Of a stretch of 64,000 bases of DNA, positions 48,801-61,418 are shown one piece after another. Each line of letters opens with the position of its first letter. Position 1 is the first letter of the stretch. The DNA is from Lingula anatina (taxonomy: Eukaryota; Animalia; Brachiopoda), in contig CM120648.1 in the NCBI GenBank assembly GCA_051362555.1, forward strand, positions 12,334,587 to 12,398,586. The letters are read 5' to 3'. A model generated the notes under the pieces. It did no database searches. It was not told the origin of the DNA and saw nothing but the letters and a program-made list of their open reading frames with translations. The position numbers and the translations under genes are program-made.

Positions 48801-51800
48801 ACCTCCTTTGGGCTCTCCCTACAGGGTGAAGATATGGTGTCATTAAATATGGCCTGCAGGCATAACCACTATCGCCTAGGAGGACCCCATCCTCTGGTTG
48901 CTGGTTTTGATTTAGGTGACGCCCAACCGCTGATGTGGAAAAGATATGGGCATCATGGACACTACCAGGCCACTGGGCGACGATATTTGTAAATCTACCT
49001 GAGATAAAAAGAAAAAAAAAAGGAAATGAATATAGAGGAGGTTTTTTTTTTTTTTAAGGAGAAGAGGAAGACGATCATTAAAACAATAATAATGGTGAAA
49101 GCATAACAATTTCACTTTTTTTCAATTTTTTTTTCAAAACAGTTTAATATAAGTTTGCCTTTATGAAATGGAATATGACAAGGTGATGAAAATAAAATTG
49201 AAGTAATATGTTAGCATTCAATTTCATCATGTTAATCTTCATTTATATCAATACTTATTTATAACCAAAGTTTTATTATGATAATTAACTTTTAAATTTG
49301 CAATTATGTGGCTCTGCAATGTTTTTGTTATTCATAAAACTGATTATCTAAGCAGATTGCATTAGTTGCACCTGCATAAACATTGCTTGCACATTCAGTC
49401 ACACTGAAGAAGTCAAGGTCATGGCCGCAAAAATGGCCGACTTATGAAGTTGAAGCACGAACACTGCAGATGTTGGACGTGTTATTTACGGTGAGCTCTT
49501 AATATTTATGTTTAGAATATGTAATAAAGATCAATACCTTTGTGGTCACATATAGCCTGGACATTCAAACTGTGGTAGTTTTTTCTATTTACGAATGCAG
49601 GCTCATTTATCGTGGGCGCCGTTATCCTAATGTGTGTTCCGTCCAAACAGCCGATGACCCCAGGGAATCTGGAAATCCTAAAAAACCCACGGCGGATCGT
49701 GGCCTTCTCCCTGGGGTCTGTTGGGAATTGAATTAATTGGTCTTTCCTTCTGCATAGGGCTAACGACACCTTTCTCACAACCCTGCACACCGTGCCCTTG
49801 TCGACACCGATTGTATCACCAACCACTTGGAGATACGAGCCACAGGCATAGAAACGTAAAGCGATAAGAACTTGTTCCCTCACCGAGAGAGAACAGCTCC
49901 TGCCAGTCGCAGGCTGCAGTTCCTCTTCCAACATTCTCTCTATCAAATTAATGCCTTCTCTGCCAAAACGAAACCTTGCACGCAGTTCAGAATCAGTATA
50001 GCCGTCAAAGTCAAATACTTCTCTTCGAAAAGTCCTCTCTCTCCTCTGTCTAGGTGGATTATACTGCTGAGGATTCCTGTGGAACCTCAGCAGGTATGCC
50101 ATTTTTATCCACTGTATAAGTATTTAAACGACCTCCCTGAGACGTATAACTTTAACCGACCGTTTAGCAGATTTATCCGCCGTATAAAGTTATACAGCTT
50201 TCATGCAACCCTTATAAGAACCGTATAAGTTACACGGCTGATTTATCCAGCGTATAGTGCTATACGGCTTTCATACAACCCAGCCCAGATTTTTAATACA
50301 ATTTTCTGTACTTGTACTGTATCAAAATAAATTGTTTAAAGTCATAATAACTCTTCGTTTTGGCCAAAAATTGGATTTTCCTGGCGTAAACGGCAATTTT
50401 CCCGTACTTACCAATGGTCAACAACCCCATTCCTGCATTCAAAGTTAGTCCAGGTTTTTTTTCCTAAATGCTTGGTTTTTTGTTAAAATCTCTTAAGGGA
50501 TTTTAACTGACGGAGCCCTCTCTGACATAGCATAGTCGAGCGGGGTTTTCTGATGACCTACTTAAAACCGCGGGGCAAGCAGACAACAACACTTTATTAC
50601 AATAAAATAAGATTCATACGATATAATAGTCTTATTGCTCAGAATGCATTTATATCTACAACGTGAGCAGTTCTGGGCTTTTCGTTATCCGACACACTGT
50701 ACAAAATCTCGCAACTAACGTCTGAGGATTGTGTCATGCGCCTGCTATATCTTATCCCGCCACATGCTATTTTGGTCTCGAATGCACGCGAGAATCCACG
50801 TGATGCGCCAACATCCTTGGCAACGGATGCCTTGACGACTGGGAAGAAAGGCACCGAAAGCACAGTTTTTAGTTTTACTACAATAACAGCCTTTTTAGTG
50901 GTGAAATGCAATATAATATATTTCCATGTGTTGTTTAGAATGTATTTCTTGCGGAATTTTGAATCTCAAAGGAAGAGTTATTATTGCTTTAATGATGTAG
51001 ATATTCTCTATCCTCAAGCAATGTCATCACACTACGAAATATACATAAACTGGATTGGGTAATCGTCCCGAGGAGAATTGTCCTTGGGGGGGGGGGGGGG
51101 GGGCATTGACTAGGAGGAATTGTCTCAGGGGAACTGTCCTGATACCTTCTACTTTATTTATTTATTTATTATGTACAGACACAGATGTGTCTGTACATAA
51201 AGCCATCATCTGCGTCTGTCGTCGTCGCCATCGTGCACTTTTAGCGATAACACGATAAGTGGAAAACTGTTTTTTATTTCAGCTTGAAACTTACAGAATT
51301 GATGAATATTCATAATACGCAGGTCAAGTTCGAAAATCAGCATGATCGGGTGACTTGTAGGGAAGTTATGCTGTTTTTTCACTTTTTTCAGCATATATGC
51401 AGCACCGATAACACGATAAGTGGAAAACCATTTTACTATTTGGCCTGAAACTTACAAAACTGATGAATATTCATAATCCGCAGGTCAAGTTCGAAAATCA
51501 GCATGATCGGGCCATTTTTAGGGGAGTTATGCTATTTTTTCACTTTTTTCAACATATATGCAGCACTGATAACACAATATAAGAAAAACAGATAGGCCAA
51601 TTGTCATTATACTTACAGGAGTGGTTAATCTTACTAAAACGCAGGTTGAGTTCGAAAATCAGCATAATCGGGCCATTATTTTAGAAGTTATGCTGTTTTT
51701 TCACATTTCCTGAGATTCAATTGTTAGGCATGTTAACAGTCTCATTATTGAACTAATAAGATACGTAAAAGTGTTTGTTTGACATTTCCTGCATCTTTAT

Positions 51801-54800
51801 GACATTGTTAGTTGATTATGTAAAAATGATGGTAAACTTGATATCGTGTATTGTGTAATAAAGTGTCAAAAATGGAAATAAACTCATATCATTGCAGTTT
51901 GTCAGATTCAATCATCTACTATCTTCAGAATCTCAGAATGGAGGAAATTGGACATTTAACACTGTTCTATTGATATTTTTCCCATCTCATCAATTTTCTT
52001 AGTTGGTCATATACAAATGGTAGTAAACTGTTTATTTTGTTTTATGTTAAAAAAGTGTTTTAAAAATGGAAGTAAACCCATTGCAGAACAGTGCCGTCAT
52101 GTTTCAGCATATATGCAGCACCGATAACACGATAAGTGGAAAACCATTTTACTATTTGGCCTGAAACTTACAAAACTGATGAATATTCATAATCCGCAGG
52201 TCAAGTTCGAAAATCAGCATGATCGGGCCATTTTTAGGGGAGTTATGCTATTTTTTCACTTTTTTCAACATATATGCAGCACTGATAACACAATATAAGA
52301 AAAACAGATAGGCCAATTGTCATTATACTTACAGGAGTGGTTAATCTTACTAAAACGCAGGTTGAGTTCGAAAATCAGCATAATCGGGCCATTATTTTAG
52401 AAGTTATGCTGTTTTTTCACATTTCCTGAGATTCAATTGTTAGGCATGTTAACAGTCTCATTATTGAACTAATAAGATACGTAAAAGTGTTTGTTTGACA
52501 TTTCCTGCATCTTTATGACATTGTTAGTTGATTATGTAAAAATGATGGTAAACTTGATATCGTGTATTGTGTAATAAAGTGTCAAAAATGTAAATAAACT
52601 CATATCATTGCAGTTTGTCAGATTCAATCATCTACTATCTTCAGAATCTCAGAATGGAGGAAATTGGACATTTAACACTGTTCTATTGATATTTTTCCCA
52701 TCTCATCAATTTTCTTAGTTGGTCATATACAAATGGTAGTAAACTGTTTATTTTGTTTTATGTTAAAAAAGTGTTTTAAAAATGGAAGTAAACCCATTGC
52801 AGAACAGTGCCGTCATGTTTCAGCATATATACAGCATCGATAACACGTTAAGTGGAAAACCATTTTACCTTTTGCCTTGAAACTTACAGAACTGCTGAAT
52901 ATTCATAATCCGCAGGTCAAGTTCGAATATCAGCATGATCGGGTCATTTTTAGGGAAGTTATGCTGTTTTTCACTTTTTTCAGCATATATGCAACACTGA
53001 TAACATAAGTGAAAAATCATTTTACCTTTTGGCTTGAAACTTGCAGAACTAATGAATATTCATATTACGCAGGTCAAGTTCGAAAATCAGCATGATCAGG
53101 TCATTTTCAGGGTAGTTATGCTGTTTTTTCACTTTTTTCAGCATATATGCAGCACCGATAACACGATAAGTGGAAAACCATTTTACCTTTTGGTTTCAAA
53201 CTTACAGAACTGATGAATATTCATAATACGCAGGTCAAGTTTGAAAATCAGCATGATTGGGTCATTTTTAGGGAAGTTATGCTGTTTTTCACTTTTATCA
53301 GCATATATGCAACACTGATAACATGATAAGTGGAAAACCATTTTACCTTTTGGCTTGAAACTTGCAGAACAAATGTATATTTATAATACGCAGGTCAAGT
53401 TTGAAAATCAGAATGATCGGGTCATTTTTAGGGAAGAAATGCTGTTTTTTTCACTTTTTTCAGCATGTATGCAACACCTATAACACATTTGTGCTATATG
53501 ATGGTACTGTATGGATGGCAGTCTCTGAAATTGTCCCTTGGGTGATCACTAATTAATTAAATTAAGGTCTATAAAGTAACTTGCCTACTCATTAATTTTC
53601 AATTGGCCATTTAATGAGATTACATAAAACACTCGTTGAGATTTCCCTGTAAAGTCCCATAGGTTTAGCTCTCTTAACTGTGTCACAAAATTAGGATTTG
53701 GTGATAATTATGCAGATAAATGGTGTTTAACATTGCAAATTTACAACAAAAAAAAAAGTGTTATGCCAACATGCTATAGATGAATAACAGTGCTTAATTT
53801 TTCTCAAACTTGGTGGGGTTATTAATATCAAGTTAATACAGCTAGATTGAAAGTTTGAATAGCAGCTTTATTGGAAATTTTTATGTTTTATTTAAAATTT
53901 TTTTAAAATTATTTTTCAAACACTAGCATCCTCAAGATGTGATTTTTAACTCCCATCCACCAGAAGTGCTGTGCATTCTCTGTATTTTTGTATATAATTG
54001 TTATTTCTTCAGATTTAATTCTTGGGCATGTTAACAGTCTCATTATGGAACTAATAAGATATGTAAAAGTGTTGTTTTGACATTTTCAGCTTCTTAACAA
54101 TATTGTTAGTTGATTATATAAAAATGACGGTAAACCTATTATCGTGCATTTTGTAATAAAGTATCAAAAATGGAAAGGAACTCATCATTGCAGTTCGTCA
54201 GATTCAATCATTCACTATGTTCAGAATCTCCAAATGGAGCTAATTGGACATTATAAATTGTTCTATTGATATTTTTCCTATGTCAACAATTTTCCTAGTT
54301 GATCATTTAAAAATGACAGTAAATTGATTATTGTTTTATGTAAAAAAGGTGTTGAAAATGAAAAGAAAATCATTTCAGTACAGTTATCTCTTGTTAACAT
54401 TTTGGCATTTTCAAGGTGTGACTTTGAAGTTCCATGAGCCTGCAGATCTTTGCTAGTCAAGTTTTCTGAATGTTCATGTGACTAATATTCCATTATTAAA
54501 AATTGATGGTCATTATGCTGTTAAACATTATGTAATATTGCATCAAAATTTGAAGAAACCCCTATTTTGGGCACTGCTCTCATGATGACCATTTAACAAA
54601 AATCATGTCAATTACTGTTCTCAAACTTACAGGAAAGAAACATGGGTCTAAAATACAGCTTCAGTAGGCAATGCAGTCTGTTTGTTAATTTTTTCTGGCA
54701 GTTAAACAGTTTTTTTGTGAAAATTTAATTTTTCACTTATTGGCATTTTCAAGGTGTGACGTTGAATTACCAAGATCCTGAAGACCTTCGCTTGTCACGT

Positions 54801-55809
54801 TTTCTGAATGTCCATGTTACTTATATTCTATTATTAAAAATTGATGGTCATTATACTGTTAAGCATTATGTAATGTTGCATCAAAATAGAAGAAAACACA
54901 ATTTTTGGTGCTGCTGCCATGATGACCATTATGGGAAAACCCGTGTTATGACTGTCAAACCTTTAAAAAAGAAACACAGGACTAAAATGCAGAATGAGTT
55001 GGAAAAGCAGTCTAATTGGCTTCGTTTTCTGGAAGTTATACATTTGAGTGAAATATTCATTATCTTTTTGGCATATTCATTGTGGGACTCGGAGCTCCCA
55101 TGGACATGAAGCCGAATGGTGATCAAATTTTCTACATGTCCATGCTATTTATTGTCAATAATCAAAAATTGGTGGTAATTATTCTATAATTTATCATGTA
55201 ATGTTACATCAAAATTGACAACAATATTTTTGCATTGCTACTGCAAACATTATGAAAAGAAAACTGTGTTACTTATTATTATTTTTAACTTACAAGTATG
55301 ATTTTTAGGATTGGCATGCAGTTCAAATTAGAAAGCCAGGTCAATTGGGTTATCATTTATTATTGAATTTATGTAATTTTGTGTGAAATTTTCATTTTTC
55401 TCATTCTGGCACTTTTTAAGTATAAACTTGAACTCTGATGGGCCTGAAACCTTATGCTTTTATTTTCGTTGTTGTGACCTGTTGTGCATAATTAAAATTT
55501 GATGTTGACTGTGCAGTAAAACATAATGTATTATTGCATCAGAATTGGTAGTCTCCTATATTGTGCATTATTGTTTTGTGCTTTTCTTAAGATGTGACTT
55601 ATGGGCCTGAAAGACCTTTGAGAGGGTCAGTCTGTTAATATCCCTTGGGTATCACTTAGCTAATTTCTGATTTATAAAGTCATTTGCCTAATTGATAGGC
55701 CATTAAAGGAGATTACATAAAGCACACTTGTTGATATTCCCTTGTAAACTCCCAAAAGTTAAGCTCTCTGCTAGATTAATAATAAGGAAGCAGTGATAAT
55801 TATGCAGGT

Positions 55810-55850
<41 letters not shown>

Positions 55851-58800
55851 ATCAAAGATTAAAAATTTGAATAGCAGCTTCATTGAAATTATATTTACCT
55901 CAGGCTCTGCCAAGGAGGTTATATTTTCACCCCTGTTTGTCTGTCATCAACATAACTCAAAAAGTTATGGACCGATTTTGCTGAAATTTTCAGGAACTGT
56001 CAGAATTGGGCCAAAGAGGACAATGATTAGTTTTTAGTGGTGGTCTAGCTCAATAATCAATCAATAATAATCAACAATTGCTGCCTTGGCAGAGGTCTGC
56101 ACTATCGGTGGTTTTCTAGTTTTGTTATGTTTTCCTTTACAATTTTTTCTCAAACACTTGCATTTGTGACTTTTAACTCTCATCCGCTCGATGCTCTGCA
56201 CATTTTCTGTATTTCCACATAAGCAATGGTATTGTTTTTTATGTCTTTAAACATTATATAATATTATTTTATGCACTGTCATCATTTTTCAAATATTGAG
56301 ACTTTTATCATGTGACTTTGGTCTCTCATGGTCCTGACACTGTAATCTTATTGAAGAGGTGGATTGAGACCATCTTCTGGGTCTTCTGGAAGACAGGTTA
56401 TTAAGTTTATATTGACCGGTATCTATTGTTTTTTGTTGGAAGACCATCAAAATGGAGTATGGATCAACATAGATACTTTGGAATACTGTCAGAAAATATC
56501 TCAGGGTCCGCTCCTGTTATTGACCATGTTACCTGTTGTGCATGATTAAAATTCAGTGTTGACTGACAGTGCTATTATAAGCGTTATTTATTATTGCATC
56601 AAAATTGACAAAATGACCTTTTTTATATCTTTATTTTCTGTTTTTTGTCTGTACATTTGACAGCTTTGCTGCCTTGTTTTTATTTTGAACTTTAGTTAAA
56701 GAGGGTAAGCATGTTAAGCCTAAGCTTATCTTCCACATAGCCCTCAGTTACCAGTCATTCAACAGTATTGGCTTTGTTCCTTACGTCAACCTTTATATGC
56801 TGAGTGCTTAGCAAGGAGACAGTAGGTACCATTTTAATGGTAATCTTTGGTATGACCCGGCTGGGGATTGATCCCACAACCTACTGCACTGGAGGCGAGC
56901 ACTCTACCATTTGAGCCATCCGGTAGGTCGTCTGGGTATTATATAAATACATGGTCCCTTTCAGAACAGATGATCTGCAAACTAAATGTGGCTGACCCCA
57001 CTTAAAAGTAAGCCACATAATCATATGATGGTCTCCTTGTCTCCACACGGGCCATTAAAAAGATAAAATATTGTCTCCAATGCTTAATTGCTAGAAAATA
57101 TTGGCCCCTGCTGGGCCAGTGAGAGTCGAGATGGGGACAGGGGCGGATCCAGAGATATTTTCTGACAATCTTCCAAATTATCTTTGTTGATCCATCCTCC
57201 TTTTTTGACTGTCTTCCGACAGAAAAAAATTGGGTACTGGTCAATGTAAACTTGAAAATCTGGCCATCTTCTGGAAGACCCAGAAGACCGCCGCAATCTG
57301 CACCATGGGTAGACCATCAGTGGTTTAGTTGGCATTGCTTTTAAGGACGTTCTCTTATATTAGCTTTTTTTTGCGATCTGCGCAGATTTCGCGCATGAGT
57401 AGTTTTTTTGCGATAGCGGCTAATTATGAAAATATAACATGCAATAAAATACGTAATTCATCCTTATAGGTCCAGCCTTTGAAAAATCCAATATGGCGGT
57501 ATTCCATGAGGCATACTGAAATCCAACTGATACTTTCAACATTTGAATATCTATTTGTTATGAATGGGATAAGCAAACTTTATGAAATTTGGTTAGCTGA
57601 TGCAGAGAAGTATAAATATAATTTTCATTGAAGCAAAATAAGTGTATGAGTTAAAAACCCACGATACAAAACATATTTATTTAAATTTGCTTGGAAATTT
57701 CCATTGATTCCTATGTAAATTTGATAAAAAACAATGTTCAAGCAGCTCTGGCTCAAAAACAAGCATGGTGTGGTACATATTTTTTTGTAAATTTCTTTGA
57801 GGTCTACCAAGATCTATAACATATCCACATAAAATTAAAATCGCTAGGGCAGAATTTTTTATTTTTGCATTTTTCAGCAAAATTAAGGGCATTTTGGCAA
57901 AATCCCCATATAACGCAATGTAATAAACGTAGCGTTTTTCGGGACGCCACCTCTCGAAAACGAGCCTGGGTACCCCCAATTTTTTTTTTCATATTTTTTA
58001 CTCATATGGTAAGAAAATTTTGTCTTACAATTTTAATCAAAATCGCTAGGGCAGAAATATGAAATCTGAAATATGAGAGAGCGTCCTTAAGTGGGCTGAC
58101 CACATCTGATCATAGATCTGTTAGTCTACTGATCAACATGTTCTGAATGTGCTCTATAAGATTAGTTTAGATTAGATTTGGTGTATTTTCTGTTTAAGGT
58201 CCATCCATTAGGTGACCATCCTGACTTTGCGACTGGTGGTGTTGGTACCTTTCTGGAGGCGACAACAGGGGATCGGAACGGCAGCTTGTGGACTGCTGTG
58301 AGGGAAAGTGATCACACAGGTTCTCTTTCTATCTAAATAATTATAAACCTTCAACCCTTGGGCTGTGATTTTTTATTTAATCATCGTCTTTACCATTATT
58401 GTTTTTCAATTGATATTTCAATAAGACAAGGTATTTTAAGTTCTATATGTGAATATCTGTTCCTGGTGAATTGACTTTATGCTGTCCTACAGCTGGTTCG
58501 AATCTGTCAGTTATGGTAAAGTCTTGAAAATTTGTTGGTCTTGAAAATTTCGTCTGCAGACATTTTTCTGCCAATGTAATTTTTTTGACGTTGAAAATTT
58601 CTTCGAGCTTGAAAATGGGTCTTCACGTTAATTTTGAAAAGTTTGTCACCATATGTCACAGTAAAGATCTTTATGTTAATTATAACATTGCATTGCATCC
58701 TTTCCTATGATATTGACTTTTAGCTGTTCTACAACTGGTTGATGCTGTGACTTTCTTGTTGAATTCTGGGACAGAAAAATTACCTAACACAGAAAGGCGG

Positions 58801-60974
58801 GAACAGGTAGATAGATAAGTGTATTAAAAGATACGTAAATGACAGTGAAAAGGGTAATGATAGATAAATGTTAGAAGTATATAGATATATGAATATTTAG
58901 TAAAATATAAGTGAAGGTATATCAATGAAATAAATAACATTTTGACAGCCAGAAAGAAAAGCTATGGTAATTACTCAATCTTTTCTATGGGCAAAAACTA
59001 CAAAACTTTGAGATAGAATATTTTATAATCACAAAAATTATATTTCTGTGTAGTATTTGTTGTACTTTTACTTCATAGAATAAACTACACAGTAGCCAAC
59101 TTTTTAACTTTGTTGCTACCACTTAATATAAATGTTCTAGCTAATTTTTATAAATTATGACTTTAAAAATATAGTATACATAAAATTCACAATTTTTGCA
59201 TATTTAAAAGATCAAGTAATTACTGTATAGCATCAGCAAGTCTTTTCTTCCACAGATACGGAGTGATATGATGGAGGCAGTGGGAAATTTAACTATTGAC
59301 AGCCTATCTACTGCCCAGCAAGCAGCAGAGACATTGACCAAACTCACAGAACACACCACAGAGATTACTGCAGACTCACAGGTACTGAACACTTGACGTC
59401 TTTGGCTTTGTAGAAAGTATTAGATGTAGCAGATATTAAAATCTAGCATTTATAATCTTCCTCCAAACTTGTTATATCAGGTTAAAAATTGTACAAACTG
59501 GTTCAAAGTCTCGTGAATGAATTCCCTCCGCAAAATTTTAGGCCTGCCGCTAACTCTCGCAAATTCACTGCAAATTTGCAAGAAATTCTATTAACATATA
59601 GAAATTCTTGCAAATATGCTGCGAGTTTGCTGCTAATTTGCAGCAAATTTACAAGGACTTGAATACTTTCTTGCAACCTTACTGCAAACTTCATATTTTC
59701 TTGCAAATTTGCATCTAATTTGTGGCAAATTTGCCAGGACATAAGACTTCCTTGCAAACCTGCTGTAAACTAATGTTGTTATTACAAATTTGTTGCAAAT
59801 TAGCAGCAAGAAAAGTTTCCTTGCAAACTCCTGCAAACTAGTTGCCACAAACTTTTAGTTTGCAGTAATTTTGCCCCAATATTGCTGGAAGCTTTTCATT
59901 TTGCTAAGGGTTCATGGAGTGTTTTTTTTTTTTTTTTTTTTTTTCTTGTTTCTGTATGTTTTCCAGCTTGACTAATTTCTGTCAGTTTTGCTTTAATATG
60001 CAAAATGATTTTTTATACCTTCTTGTATCTGGGTGATAAAAAAAGTTGTTTCTTTGAAAGATGAAGCATTTTTTTTTTTTTTTTTTTGGGCATTTTGTTG
60101 GACAGTGGAAATATCATGTCCTATAGGTAAAATCATGTCTTGTTTCTTTTGAGACAATTGACAATTTCCCAGTAGTCTTGGACTACCTCCATATTGATTA
60201 GATTAATTTTCAGACTTCAGGCATGAACACAGTGGAGAGGTTATCCCAGGTGTTGAGCAGTGAACAGAGGAATGCAACTTTTACTGAAGTGGAGGACACT
60301 GCCACGTAAGATATGAAAGAATCTCTTCCTAAGCACTAACAAACACATACAAATGTTATTAAATCAGAAGCTAATCTCTTACTGCATTTAAGTTTATAAT
60401 AAAGGATTATAAATGGTAGATACTCTTTAATGTTTAGCAGTACATATATTTTCAATTTGCCATTATCATCTTTGTATGGGTATATTTGTTTACAATATAC
60501 CGACCAGTTTTCTTCGTAAGGTTTGATTTGTTTTCATGGCATTAGACCCATCTCATTCGTAATGCATTTTCCAATGTGATAGATCATTCTTTATAATAAT
60601 ATAAATTTATCTGCTGTTTTCTGTGCTTTAAATGTTTAAAGTCAAAGTAATCAAAAACTTGGAACTTGGGCAAGCCGGATGCCCTCTTTGTATTCCATTG
60701 GCCATAGCTTAAATATTAAAAACTGAAAAAAAAAAGAAAAAAAAACACAATATGAAAAAACAATCCTTATTGATCATAATTTACTAAATTATAATGTAGT
60801 ATGTTCATTGTAAAACGTAAGGTATTGTTTATTTATGTAGTTTGATTCTTCAATCCACCTCCAACCTGTTGAATGCCACCATGGAGGAGTCGAGAGAAGT
60901 GAATATCACCAGCATGACTCAATCTGAAGAGGCCATAGTGCAGAAGGTGAGAGGATGGATCAGAAGTCAGTCAG

Positions 60975-61009
<35 letters not shown>

Positions 61010-61382
61010 CGCGCGCGCACGCACGCACGGGCAGATCCAGAAGACCCAGAAAATGGTCCACCCCTGAGAGAGAGAGGAACCTTTGTCAGCTGACTGATTG
61101 ATTTCTCTCCCAAGCAATACAGATCTGTAGCCAGCAATTTCAAAGGTAGGGGAGTCTTTTTCTGAAAAAAATGGACCTTTTTCCAGGAAAACTTTGTGTA
61201 CCTAGATCAATTTTTACCTTTAGGGGACCTTTTCCCTAACAAAAAGGGCAAATGTTCATACTCCCCTGACCTCCCTGGCTATGGACCTGCAATTTAACAG
61301 GCAAGAAAGCTGCAACCAAACGACCAGCCAGATCAGACATAAATATCAACCAGATGAACCAAATAAATCCCCTTCATTGTAC

Positions 61383-61418
<36 letters not shown>

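Larger units (their letters stand above)
44432..50286. mobile_element. PIF/Harbinger DNA transposon, apparently full length, two convergent genes
   Basis: TIRs GGGCTGGGTTGTATGAAAGCCGTATAGCA are identical for 29 bp (about 44 bp with 2 mismatches); contains a Myb/SANT gene (+) and a DDE transposase (-). Confidence 0.93.

Noticed and set aside
49403-49450. CTGAAGAAGTC...GGCCGCAAAA in the transposase intron
   Set aside because: Resembles a Penelope hammerhead but lacks GAAA directly after a closed stem.
43180-51147. Outer element with GGACAATTCCCC-type subterminal repeats enclosing the Harbinger nest
   Set aside because: Inverted motif clusters exist at both ends, but the termini are too degraded and no TSD could be identified, so it is not listed as a feature.
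56850-56925. tRNA gene
   Set aside because: A and B boxes are present but there is no full cloverleaf, and it continues into a SINE body.
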